64,000 nt of DNA from Cycas panzhihuaensis. Lineage: Eukaryota; Plantae; Cycadophyta. The stretch's first letter is position 1. The number at the start of each line of letters is the position of its first letter. A model generated the notes under the pieces. It worked only from the letters and a program-made list of their open reading frames with translations, made no database searches and was not told the DNA's origin. The stretch spans positions 250,425,741 to 250,489,740 of the forward strand of contig CM041465.1 of assembly GCA_023213395.1 (NCBI GenBank). Reading direction: 5' to 3'. Made by a program: the position numbers and the translations under genes. This document shows, piece after piece, positions 27,410-41,095 of this stretch.

Positions 27410-30229
27410 CTGTACCAAAATATGAGCAAAAGGTACATAACTACAGAGACTGCAAATTAGAATGAACTGCTAATTCCTCAATCCTAAAAGCTTAAGCTTG
27501 ATGTAGTAAAATCATGACAAACAAAATCGATGGCATAAATAGACAAAAATGTGAATGAAAACCAAGCTTTCAAATTCTCAGTACAATCCAATTTTTTCTT
27601 GTTTCCAATTCATTATTCTTGTGCCCTTTATGAAAAAGCTTTAAAGCAGACCCAATAATCAGCTCTTCACATCTGTTGGAGGATAATGCTTATCCTCCAC
27701 ACGCTATGATATTTTGAACCATGCAGCAAGCAGCAAGATAATTAGCCATAAATTGAACAACATTGAGCCATAAAGTAATTTTCTAAAAGCCTGAAAATTG
27801 GAACAAGCAACAAGGTGATTAGCCATAAATGGGAAAATCTGGCCGTAAAGGAACTCTCTCAAAGCCTTCAGGCACTCCAAGCAGTGAGTATTATTAGTGA
27901 ACACAAACACTTGCTCCAGAAATATGAGTTCCTAAACAATGGCTGGGTATTGATGATCTGTCACGCAGAGGAGGGGGGAGGCATGGAAGATGATCAGCTC
28001 TTGAAAGCCCCCATCCAGGAAAGTGTTACAAGTGGAACTGCATATCAGAGAGAATGTTTTCATCATTTACACTACCTTAAAAGAAAATGGGCAAAATTAA
28101 TTCATCATCTAAGGCCATATTTTTCAAAGCTCTTCTACCATACAGGCTTAGAATCTTTCTTTAGGAAAAAGTTATGACAAAAGACACAACGACATAGCAG
28201 TGCCAAGAGGTCACCTTTATCAGTTACAGGGATAAGCAGCTTCCAACAAGTTCACATCACCCCATTTTCTCTACAATCATGGTGAAGGGTCGGGAGATAT
28301 GTTTGCCATCATAACTTGGATTTCTGGAATAATCCAAGTATGGTAGTTGGACAGGGAAAGAGAGAGCAGTTTAGCACAGACTGTTCCTAGGATTTAGCTT
28401 CTCTGTCCCACTCATCTCACTGGCTTGAGATCTGACTGGCTTGTTGCTAGTTCCAACAAAAACTCCTATTAGTAGAAATAGTGTGCACTTCATCACTGAG
28501 GATCAGCAATATAGAGCTCGAGTCTTGGCTAATTTCGTTAGTATTGCTTCAAATAATCACTATGAAGTGGTAGGGCGGCCAGCATATGGAATGGTACATT
28601 GACATTGCAATGGATAAGGTGCTAGCAAGGAAACTAATCCCCCCAAAGAATTACAAAATACGAACCCAAATCTAAACTGATCATTTAGAGCCATTCATAG
28701 ATGGGGCAAGCATATGCTTTATTAACAAAGAGGCTTGGTAGCCCCAAAGGGCTGACAAGGATCACTATAGCCTGTACTCCTCCCTCCTATCCCCAGGAAC
28801 TGCCCTCCTGTCTCCAACCATGACTCTGATTTTATGTCATAAAGAATTCATTGAAGATAACAACTTCTCAAGTAACCCTCAATTACATGGCATTAATTAA
28901 TCATGCTTCACATTCACTTTATAAGTTATATTATAATTTACATCAATTTGAGACTTTAGATTTTACGCAAATATGTAGCCTAACACGTTTTCCTCCATTC
29001 TAAACTTCAGCATCCCTACTCAAAGCATTGCCTGAAACTGGAACTAGGGGCTCAATTACCTCGTCCTGAAGTTTAATAATAGAATGGCTAAAATAAAAAT
29101 CTGTAATCCAAAGTTTTGCTTGCTCTTCTACTTAGTCTTTCAATCCAATATTATCTCATCGATGCCATTATGTCTTTTGATCCAAATACCTCATGAACTT
29201 CTATTCTCGATCTCTTGGCTCTCTTGGGATCTCCCTATCCAACGCTTGGCCTATTGGTTTAGGGTTTAGACTCATATTTAACACATCATTACTCCTGGGC
29301 CCAAAATTGGTATATAACATCTCCTAGGATTTGAATAAGAGCCACTAATTAGCATTAAAATATTTGGAGAAGAATGTCTTAACTTGAGATAGAAATATTT
29401 TCCATCAATTGACGGAATAACTAATGGAGGTAAAAAAGACACATATATCAACGCGTGGTTTAAATGCTTTTATTTCAATTACGCCTTCACTCCCGGATCT
29501 CCATCACCATACGTCCCTGTGAAAATTCTTGAAGGTCTCAAATTAAAAATAAAAATTAAATTAAATTAAAATGTAACTTTATAAAACCATTCCTTTTTTC
29601 TTCCAAAATCGAATCAATGATCCGTCTGGCCAATTAAATTTGTGTCTCCCGCACCAAGCTAATCCGATCAAATTACGAGAGCAATTGATAGAAGCGTCAA
29701 ACTTTTTTCCCATGCCCTACTGGTAAATTCAAATATTTGTACGTTTGCACTAATGTCTTTATGGCTATGCTTCTGTCACCACCTGCCATATCGTTGGAAC
29801 GCTTCATAGGAGGCTGTTAAAGGTTCATTGTAAGCAACGATGCCAATAGGTTAGCAGTTAAAAGTAATAACAATAAAAATACAGCAAACAAATAATCACT
29901 AAATCCACGCATACATAAACCATGATACGAATTGGACAAACGTGTGCTTCATTAACAATAGAGAAAGTGCGATAATGTGGCCCTGCAACGCTGAAGGAGC
30001 TGCCAAGGATAGCTTCAGTCCGTATTCCTTTTTCTCTATACCCAGGAACTGTCTCCGATGCTAATCATGATTCTCTGTAGTTTAGTTGAAGGTGACGACT
30101 CCTTACCTCACCGTCATTTGCGTTGCAATAATTACTGAAGCTCTACATTGCCATTTTATGAATTATAAGTTGCATATCAATTTTAGAGACTTTACGCAAA
30201 TATGAACAAGTCAAGCCTAATAGATACTT

Positions 30230-32300
30230 ATTTTTTATATTACTTATAATGGAAAAACTTAATGGTTGTGAAAGTATAAATAAAACTATGCTTTATTCAT
30301 CTAGAGAAGAATTAAATAGATTTTGAGAATTATGAAAGTTTTCCATGATAAAGATATCATTTAAAGACAATGCAAATGATATAAACATTGCTCAAAAGAA
30401 AATATTTAATTGCCAACTTAGTTTAGTGAAATATGTCCATGTAAAAATATTTGGAGTAATTATATTAGAATATTATAAAAGAATATTTTAATGACAAAAT
30501 GATGCAAGGATAAACAAATTTTAAAGATGAGGCATGGTAAACATTTAAAAATGAAAAATGAAATAATAAAATTTCTTTTGAAAAACATAATTGGTATAGA
30601 TAAATTTATCAATTAGGAATGAAAAATATTAATACAAAAACATGGACAAAATAAAAACAATGCCATATTCAAAAGCTAGAACAAAAAATGCTAGCCAAAG
30701 AATTATCACAAAAAAACAAATACATGGATAAAATTGACCTTTGTAAGTATGGTATGCAAGGGAAAAAGATATTGCTAAGAGGTTCCTTAAATTTACTATA
30801 ATAAATCAATATGGACATTTCATAAGACAAAATCCCTAAAGATTTGTGGTAATAGTTGGAATAATATAAAGAGAATCAATCAATAATTGAAAAATATGCT
30901 TGGATCACAGATAACAACAAACAATTATAGGAAAACAAGAAAATCCCACTTATGAAATGTTCATATAAAACAAGCACTCAAAGTTTGATGTGTACTTATG
31001 ATTCACTTGTCTTATTAGAAGTGGAATAAAGAAACATTAACAATGTAAGTGTTTGTATCTAGAGAGATACTTGAAAATAGAATGCAAGAACAATGAAAGT
31101 AAATAAATATATAAGCGTGGCGAGGAAACACAACCCAAGAGAATTACAAGATTACATGTAAATAGAACAAGACTTCCATTGGAGATGAGCCATGAACAAG
31201 GAATAATACATGGAGAGAAAATTACATATAGCATGTATCTTCCTATGATCATATGAAAACCCATGATAAATTTTTAGGATGAATTGTCTAGATTTGACAT
31301 CAACATGCCTAGTGATAAAAATATTCACAAAAGTGAACAAAGGGGGGTATGCATAAAAATATTTATGCAAAATGATTAAATAAAATCCCTATTGAATGAG
31401 GATCATCTAAAGTCCATTATCCTATAGTGGTTAAAATCTCAAAACAAAACAATAAAAGTTTGGTGAAATTTAGTAATAGTTGATATACATATTAATATGG
31501 TCAATTAATCCCTTGTTAGATTAAACATTGTTAATTTGTTAATAATTGAGTTGTTCTTTAAAATCTAGAGTATGAAATTACAACAAAATTCTTCAAAGCC
31601 CTAAAATTAATTGGAAGGCATATAAAAAAAATAGTGAATTGAATAATTGAAGATATGCTTAGATCTCTAGTTGTTACCAAATATAAATCTTGGGAAAAAA
31701 AACCTTCCACATTAAGAGTTTTCATGAAACAATAACATTTACTCAACTATTGAGTTAACACTATTTAAAACCATGAATGGCTATAATCCAATAATTCTAT
31801 TGGAATCAAAACCTAACATTATATTGACAAAACTAAAACATCATTAGAAGTGTTATGAATATGCAACATGAGTGCATCAGTGCTAGAAGAATATGAGGAG
31901 GACACAATCTAAGGATAAGTATATGGGGGCTAGATCCTCAATAAACCTTAAGGTTGAAGACAATTAGTAATTAAAAGTAAACTCAAGCAACTATGCAAAA
32001 TTATCCATGAGAGATTACAAACCTTTTTGAGTATTAAAAAAGGTAAGTCATGTTGGATTCTATATTGATTTCCTAAAGGTGGTATTATTAAGAATTAATA
32101 ACAACTAAACAACATATGTTGATGTTCAATATCCTAGTTGAAATACTTTACATAAAAACCAAGAAGTTGAGGAAATAAAGCAATACTCGGTCAAATGTTC
32201 CAACAAATCAACTCAAAAACAACATGGAAATCACCTATATTCATAAGAGAAGCCAATCTCATTAAGGGTAATGATCTTCTTAAGGCAGGAAGAGATATCA
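30230..32300 (+). mobile_element. Highly degenerate Gypsy pol remnant (RT/RH/INT, possible chromodomain)
   Basis: YAKLSMRDYKPF (~31992) resembles the integrase KLSPRYYGPF motif. QYSVK (~32181) is chromodomain-like. Purine tract at ~32282-32295. Confidence 0.5.
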
Positions 32301-34064
32301 CAGAAGAGAAATTAGCCCTCAATTTAACTCCCAAAAGTCAAAGATTATACCATATATTAGAAGACGGAATTTAAAATCACTACTAATGACATTAGAGAGA
32401 CAATGGTCAAGGTTAAGAGCCTTAAGGTTAAGACACAAAGAGGTGATGAACAACTATTAAAGGGAGAGTTAACCATTGAGAATATGCACAAGTTGACTTC
32501 TCATTTGTCATTAAAAAAAGGCAAACTTCACAGTTAAGACACCTCTCAAATCTCCTCTTATACAAGCATCTAGTATGTGAGGTAAAGGTAGGATAGTGTC
32601 ATTGGTGGAAGAAGAGACTAGAGAAAGGATTTATGAGAAGTGGAAGTAGAGTTAAGCCATTGCATCAATACTTCATTAGATCTCCATCACCAACTTTCCA
32701 TCAATGGAAGGAGTATCTAAAGTCTATACAAGAAAGGTCAAGGTATTTTATTTGCACAATGTTATATTCTAAATTTAATGGATACATAAATAACAAAAGA
32801 AAATTCACTTTTGAAATCTATTATTAGTAAAATGAAGAATATCACTTTTATATCTATGGCCAAGTGGACTCCATGTGGCCTTCCATGAGTATGTATGGGT
32901 ATGTTTCAGTGATATGATTAAAAACAAATTCGTATGGACCTGAAAAATATCCATGTGGGCCCTGCCAAAAACAAACCATATGGTTGCTAAGAAAGAAACA
33001 ATTTAGGACATAATTGATCCCATAATGAGTAGAACAAACTAGCATGCCCTAATTTGTATGGATTTTAAAGTGTATAAGTCATATGTTAGAGTATAATGTT
33101 TAATGTGTGTGTGGTTAAGTAAAGTGGGTCTTAGGATTAATAGTCATAGTCCTAAGTCTTAGAGTCAAAGAGTTATTATAATATTGTGTGAGAAGATAGA
33201 AGCTTATTGGTCAAGTTAGTGGTATAATGTCATTGGTGTTGGGAGTCAAAAGTGATCCAATGGCTATGTGAGGACCAAAGGTAGGTCAGATAACCCGAGT
33301 TGTGTAGGTACGGACCGTACGGAGGTGCATGCGAGGCAAAAGCAGCGGAAAAACCGGCGTGCAGGTGCGTATGGCGGTGCGTACAGGCAGTGCGTATGAG
33401 ATACGTACCAGCGAAGCAGGAACCGAGCAGGCGGTGCACGACTCAAGGGGACGGTGAAGACCGTTAAGGTGCGGATGTCGTCACGGACGTACGGACACAA
33501 AGGATGGATTAATTAAGTGCTAAACAATTGATTAAGTGAAAGGGTATGCATGGTGAAGGGAATGCGGTTATGACGGTTATAACCCTTCAGCCAAAAAGGT
33601 ACCAACATGAGTACTTAAGGAGGTACGCATGATTCACCAGGATAGGGTGAGAGTCGGATATCACGGGTACGCAAAGGTGCAGGAGCCAGTACGCATGACA
33701 ACCATTTGGAACATCACTGTATGATAAGTACCATCTGGGTACGCATATGTAATAGAAAGATTGTATGCTGCTGGAATGTTCAAGAATGCATTCCAGCCTC
33801 TGTGTAAATAAACTGTTGACTTAATAAAAGGAAGAGTTATGTGGAAATTGGTGTATTCTTGGTGTTGTGATGATGATTTGTTGAGTATGTATTGATTTCT
33901 GTACTGTTGTGTACCATTCTGTGAATTATATGTGAAATATATGTGGAATGTATGTGAATGACCATGTTGACAGTATCTTGAACTAAACTATAGCGCTGTG
34001 TAACCTTGACAAGTGTGGGATATCTCATAAGTGTAATAAAATAAACCCCAGCGAAAGTCAACAT

Positions 34065-34077
34065 TGGTTCCGTTGCC
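34065..34077 (+). promoter_or_regulatory. Primer binding site of element B, probably tRNA-Glu
   Basis: TGGTTCCGTTGCC one base after the 5' LTR, complementary to the ..GGCAACGGAACCA 3' end recalled for plant cytosolic tRNA-Glu. Confidence 0.75.
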
Positions 34078-34204
34078 TACGTCCGCTAAGGAGGGACAAG
34101 GGCCTAGGAGTTTCAAAGAAAAGTATGTGTAAAGGGCAGAGGACCCTGGCTGCCGTCGTGATGGTAGGCTGTAACTAAGCCATCGGCAGCCAGGGGACCT
34201 TCCA

Positions 34205-37200
34205 ATGCCACCTAAGAGGCCTTCAAGGTCGAAAGAGCCCCAGAAGGATACTTCACCCAAGGAAAAGGAAACCAGCAGACAAAGGGCACTAAGATGGTCA
34301 AAAGAATCAAACCTCAGAAGGGCGAGGAGGTTAAGTTCGCAAAACAACGAAACTAAGGGACAGTCCGTTGAAGGATCTGAGGCAAGTGAAGCCCAGACAC
34401 ATTAGGAAGAGGAAACTCATGGCGAACACATGGTATTGACACCAGCCCCAATCAAAGATGATTTGTTTAGCCCGGAGATTGAAGGCAAACCAAAAGTGGA
34501 TGAAAAACATCAAGAGATCTTAGCAGAGGGAAGTATACCAGTGGAGGACAGCCCGAAGGACCTAGGTGACAGCGATAAGAAGGCGGAGGAAGGTCCCTCG
34601 GCATATTGGGAGAATAAGCTAACAAGACAACTTTTTGAAGATTCGATAGAAAGGGGTTCTGATCAATCTTATATTACGGTAACACCATTGACCATACAAG
34701 TTCCAGGTGTAGTGGAACCCATATATATTAAAACTCCATTCGAGAATCCGCTGTTTGGAAAAGATAGTACAGCGGTAGGCACTCCTAGTGCATCCCCAAA
34801 GGAGGGAGGAAAGGAAAAATCACCATCAGGTGGGGAACAGTTACAATCTCCCAAAATGGACGACTATAGAGACTTTGGGAAACTAATCTTTAATGATACT
34901 TCAGAGGCAGCAGAGCATGTATATCTATTTCAGAGCCTTATTGATGTAAAAAAGATTACAGACGAAGATGAAATCAAAGCACGATTCGCCTGTACGTTAA
35001 GAGGAGTACCCTTGGCGTGGTATAAGGAAACAAATAAGAATGAGCCATGGGTGAAACTTAAGAAAGCATTCGAAGAGAGATTTCAAAATTTCGATAATGA
35101 AGCTGTGGAAATCGCACTACGAGAGATCAGACAGAGGCTGGGGGAATCCGTCCTAACTTACATTAGCCGAATGAAAATTATTGCAGCGAGCATGATCAAT
35201 GAGATGATAACAGATCATAATATGAAGAATTACTTTGTAAGAGGGCTGGATGAGAAGTTGCGAGCCATGATGCATGCTCATCCATTGAAATCATTCAAGA
35301 ATGCTCAAGATCTAGCATTAAACTTTGAAATGGAAATGGACGCACAAGCAGGAGAACAAGACTCCTTGCTGCTGATGTTACAGGACGAGATTAGAGAGTT
35401 GAAGCAAAACCAGTACAACCGACCATTCTGCCAGGTAGGGGTAGTAGAAGAGGAATCGGAGTTGGAGGCATTGAGAAAAGAGGTGGCTAGATTGAAAATT
35501 AAAAATAACCGTGAAGAAGAGGAAACACCCAAAAAGAAAGAGCACACTGGAAGGGTAACCAAGTGGTGCCACATTTGCGAAAACTCACATACCACGTGGA
35601 ATGTGATTTAAATTTAAAAAAGTCGTTGCACCAACAAGAGAAGTGGTGCCATATATGTGAAGTTGACACACATACAACTAAGGATTGTTTCTATAATCCC
35701 AGGGGAAAAGCATTCAGAGGACAAGGTCGGGAAGGAGGCAACCCACCTCGAAATGTGTATACAACGAGGCGCACGGAACCCTTGAGGAAGAAACCGCCGA
35801 TGGGGAGATGCCTCATCTCATCTCTGATTCGGGCCTTTGGAAGTTAGAATGCCTAATGAAGCGAGGGAATACGAGCGAAGTTGTTCGTGTCACGATGCGT
35901 GGCCCAAGCAACCACAAAACAGAGGATTGCAAAGGCAAAGCCAAAGCGACTAACCCGATGACAATCGTGCGAGAATCAAGAATGTGAAATTACAAAACAA
36001 AGCGAAGAGAAATTGGATGAAGGATATCCGGATCCACAAGCGAAATGGATCGGTATAGAAAAGCGAAACAAGTGTTAGATGGCCTAGTCCAGGAGGAGAA
36101 TACATTACCAATGGGTAAGCCGGAAACGAAATACGTATATGTACGAAAGAATAAACAAAAGGAACAAGAAAAACTACCGGAAGAACTTAAGACAAAGCCC
36201 CAAATGGTGCAAATGGAAGAGCTTTTCAAAGGATTGCCAGTTGAGGATATCCCCAAAATGTTGCTATTGATGGAGAATTTGGTGAAAGCGATTCTGATTG
36301 ACTATTCCTCTGTCCCAAGTTATTGATTGGATCAAAGGAGGAGTGTTACAGAAAGGAATTACCAAGAGTTGGAAGCAAATTATACCATCATTCAACATTG
36401 ATCTGATGGTAACCATGTTAGTCTTGGGGGAAACATTCCCACGGGTAATTGTTGATGGAGGCGCAGTAGTGAACGTATTACCAGCTGCAACGTGGCGTAG
36501 ATTGGGAAGCCCGAAGTTGGAAGCGGTGTCCTATTCGCTAAAATTGGCTAATGAACTATTGGTACGACCTATGGGCAGACTAGCCAATATCAAAGTAGAC
36601 GTGGCAGGGATAGTGGTGCGAATCGACTTCACGATTGTGGGCGAGAAAGGAGCAACACCCTATCCGGCCTTTGTTGGGAAGGCCATGGTTATATAAAACA
36701 CAATGCCTTCAGAATTGGAAAAATGTAACCTTCACTCTATCGGATAGCGACAACAAAGTGGTATTGCCAATGCTGGGAAGAAGCTTGATTGAAGTGATTC
36801 CAAATGAAGGATCCAAAGACAGTAACGAGCGACACAACATTCTCTTCCATTGGGGAATAACATATCTACCACATGGCAGAAGAGCCCACTACATCGAATA
36901 ATCACCAGCGAGAAAAACCAACAGATCTCGGGGAGGTATACAACTCTTCGGATGACGAACACGACATGAGGTTCGTGGATTCACGGCTTCGAGGATACGT
37001 ATGAAGTAAACTCTTCTTCTTCTACGGATGTAATTTGCTATCTAAATGTGTATCGCAAACATTGATAATAATTCAAATTCTTTTGAATATATCTTTGACT
37101 AACGATAATTTGAAAATGGTAACAACCTAGACCAACCAACCCTTAGTTTACCTAGTAATTTTCGTAGTTTTTTTGTAGTTAATAGTAATCCCAACATCCC

Positions 37201-40200
37201 ATCTACTTGGTGGGTCTGAGGTAGATTCCTACCCCCCCTTATTAAAACCTGAGGAAGGAAGTAATATTCCTTCCTCCTCTTCCTTAGAGGTACACCCACC
37301 TAGCCACAAATCTCTTCCAACCATTGACGCCAAAACTGGGGAAATGGAAGGAGGATTGCTCGTAAGTACTTCTAGCGATTCTGATCTAGATAGTAAAATC
37401 ATTATCTCAGAGGAAACAAACTATCAAATCTATATTGGGAACTACGTAAAACCATTCTATGGGGAGCAGTTATATGGGACTACCCATTTAACGCACTGTG
37501 TTGAGTATTGGATAGATCAGGGGAATTGGGATAAAACCCCAATGGCAGCAAGACCTAATCCTAACCTTACGAGGGAGAGCTTGGTACCGGTACCTGTCCC
37601 ACCAAGTCACTCTTAGGAATTGGCAAGATTTATAAACGATGTTTCGAATACGGTTCGATCATCCAACCCAACCAACTATTCCAATATTCTACGTAGGTCA
37701 TAACCCTAGAAAACATATACAGGTTTGTAAACAAAAATGGAGATCCTTAAGTATACCTAAACGGAATTGGCCTAACTATTTCTACCACACCTTGGGGAGA
37801 GTAGCAAAGGACTGGTTCCTGGAGAAGGAACAAAATCTAGATACAACTTGGGGAAACCTGAAGAAATCCTTCATAAAAACCTTTAGGCATACTTCGGATA
37901 ACCAAGAAATAAACAAAATCACAAACATATTAGAATAATGAGCATAAAATTAGAACAACATCTAACAGATCAGGAAACGGTAGAGTCTATGCATAGTGAA
38001 GAAGAAGAGGTCATAAATTATCCTGCAGAGTTTACAGAATTCACTGTTGGAGAAAGAAAGAAGACGCCCCGGGACACAAAACCGGAAATGCAGAAGATGT
38101 GGGTATAACAAGGTTGAAAACTACAGAAATTAATGTTGGTAGTTCAGAAAATTCTAAGCTCATTCGAATTGGAAACTATTGGGATCCTCAAACGGTAGCA
38201 GAAGCCCAGCAGTTATTCGAGGAATTCCGTGATGTATTCGCATGGTCGTATAAAGACCTGAAAGGCATTCCTCCGGAGATAGGAATGCATCATATCGATC
38301 TAGTGGAAAACGCCAAACCGATGAAACAAAGACCATACCGGATGAATCCAAAATACAAAGAGAAAGTAAAAACAGAACTTGATAAAATGTTGGAAGCAAA
38401 TTATATATACGAGATTGACTACAGCGACTGGGTGAGCCCTGTAGTAGTGGTTCCCAAGAAAAATGGGAAAATTCGTGTCTGTGTGGATTACACACAGTTG
38501 AATAAGATGACGAAAAAGGATCCATTCCCGTTACCTTTTACGGAGGATATTTTGGAAGCAGTTGGGGGAAATGAGATCTATTCCTTCACAGACGGATTCA
38601 GTGGGTACGATCAAGTGCAGATTGCCCCGGAAGATTAGGCAAAAACGACATTCGTAGAAGTAATGGGGTGACGCCTATAAAGTGATACCATTCGGTCTTA
38701 TGAATACACCAGCGACATTCCAGCGAATTGTGATTAATATCTTTCGAAATTTTATTGGAGAAAAAGTTGCTGTATTCCTAGACGATTGGACGTTGTATGG
38801 ATTAATGAAAAATCATATGGAAAATTTGAGAGAAATGTTGCAAACATGCCGAGAAAATAAATTGTCTCAAACCAGAAAAGTGTACATTTCTGGCACACTT
38901 TGGAAACCTCTTAGGGCATATAGTCAGCAAAGAAGGATTGCTGACCGATCCAGCAAAAGTGTCTGCCATTCTACACTTTCTGACACCAATTACGAGAAAA
39001 CAGCTGAAAGGTTTTCTAGGTTTGACGGGATACTATAGAAAGTTTATCAGGGGGTATGCATACATATCAGGACCCCTGGAAGAATTGCTGAAAAAGAATA
39101 TTGAATGGACATGGACAGAAGATCAGCAACGAGCATTTGAAACATTGAAACAGGCCATTGTAGCAACGCCTATACTGCAGTTCCCAGATTGGAAGAAAAC
39201 TTTTCACGTACATGTGGATGCGTCGCAATACGCTATTGGATGCGTATTGGCACAACCCAGCGATGATAAAACAAATCATCCAATCTATTTCGCCAGTCGG
39301 AAACTTACGAGAGCCGAGCAAAATTATACGACGACAGAAAGGGAAGCACTCGGCATGGTCTATGCATTACAAAAGTTTTGACATTATTTGTTATCCAATC
39401 CATTCCTATTTTTCATTGACCACCAAGCGCTGATGTATCTGGTGAATAAACCGATTATGCGAGGAAGAATCAGCAGATGGTTAATGTTGTTTCAAGAATT
39501 TTCTTTCAAAATCATTGTGAAACCCGGCAAAGCCCACATCATTCCAGATCAGCTATCAAGAATAAAAAACGGAGAAAAAGCCACAGGAGTATCAGATGAT
39601 TTTCCAGATGCAGCTCTGTTCAGCGTGGAAGCAGTTCTAACAGACTGGTATGAGGGAATACCAGAGTATCTAGCGACCGGAGAAGTGCCAGCAGAGTTAG
39701 ATCATACGGGGAAGAGAAATTTCATCGGAAAACAAAACCATATCAACTTATCAGCGGAGAGTTATACAAGTTGGGGCCAGACGACATATTACGACGTTGT
39801 GTTTGACAGCATGAGATAAACCAGATCATGTCGCAGGCGCATGAAGGAGTAGCAGCTGGCCACATGGCGGAAGATCTTGACGTCGGGATTCTGGTGGCCA
39901 TCAATGTTCGAAGATGTCAAAAAATGGATTCAAGCATGTGATTATTACCAACGCGTGGGAAAACTTAATCGACAGGATTTCCAACCGTTACATTCCATAT
40001 TACCTTTGGCACCGTTCGAAAGATAGGGGCTCGACTTTGTGGGGCCAATCAAACCAGCGGCGCGTAGATCCAAAGCTCGATACATTCTGGTGGCAACCGA
40101 TTATACGACAAAATGGGTGGAAGCACGCGCATTGCGAAAAGCCGATGCAGAAAGCACAACAAGATTTCTGTATGAGGTAGTGATTACGCGATTTGGATGC

Positions 40201-40876
40201 CCCTTGGAGATCGTCAGTGACCAAGGTGCCCACTTCCTTAACCAAACTATTGAAACATTGACAACCGCCTTCATGATTAGCCATCGAAAATCAACTCCCT
40301 ACTACCCGAGAGCCAATGGCCAAGCAGAGAGCTCAAACAAGATAATCGAAAACTGCTTGCAAAAGATATGCAACATCGGCAGATCCGATCGGGTAGAAGT
40401 TACCCTCCGTGCTATGGGCATTTCGTACGACATACAAAAGGTCAATTGGTCAGACTCCATTCTAGCTTGTATATGGCACGGAAGCCATTCTCCCGACAGA
40501 GTTTGAGATACCCAACTTACGAGTGGCAGTACAATGTCGATTAGACTACCTCCAGTCTTTGGAACGACGACTAGAAGACTTAGTGCGGCTGGAAGAGAAA
40601 CGACACCTAGCAAACTAGTTGCAACATATCGAAAAGCGGCGACAAAAAGCATGGCACGACCGCCATCTACGAAAACCTCAATTCAACGAAGGTGATCAAG
40701 TGTTGCTATATGATAGCAAATTCAAAACGCACCCCGAGAAACTCAAGATGCGGTGGTTGGGACCATACATCGCAGAAAAAATTTTTGAGAATGGATCAGT
40801 GCAGCTTCGAGAGATCGATGGACCTCTACTACCAACTCGGGTAAATGATAGCAGACTCAAGCCTTATATCGAGTAG
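34205..40876 (+). pseudogene. Gag-Pol polyprotein of element B (broken by stops and frameshifts as assembled)
   Basis: Capsid (TLRGVPLAWY..WVKLKKAFEERF), repeated CCHC knuckles (WCHICEVDTHTTKDC), protease IVDGGAVVNVLP, RT (DPFPLP, DGFSGY, PFGL, FLDD), RNase H (HVDAS, EREAL), integrase ([23 protein letters not shown]). Confidence 0.95.
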
Positions 40877-41095
40877 CCCAGCCTACCGTTAGATCACCGG
40901 TTGTACCATATCGTATTGCATGATGTTGAGGCAATTAACTGCCTTGACACCAAGCCATGATCCAGTTCGGTATGGATACAAAAATAGAAAAAAAAATGGA
41001 AAAAATAAAAAATAACCGTAACTCATTACTGATATAAGTAACAGCAGCATAATCTGAAAAAAAATCAGAGGGACATTCATCGACATACAAGTAAA

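Noticed and set aside
27704-28177. ORFs 27704-27910(-) and 27815-28177(+) as further RH17 exons or genes
   Set aside because: No helicase motifs or fitting splice sites. The region contains a local duplication and looks intronic.
29990-30018. miR169/miR167-like sequence (gctgccaaggat) in a small hairpin
   Set aside because: Only a partial match, and the stem is far too short for a pre-miRNA.
37316-37340. Inverted PBS-like TGGCG(C/T)CA suggesting a nested antisense element
   Set aside because: No LTR or TSD around it, and it lies within the open Pol linker frame.
37250-37345. Conserved stop separating gag-PR from a second ORF
   Set aside because: The TAA lies in an alternative frame. The frame LLKPEEGSNIPSSSSLEVHPPSHKSLPTIDAKTGEMEGG is open in B, and the shift in C coincides with a poly-C run.
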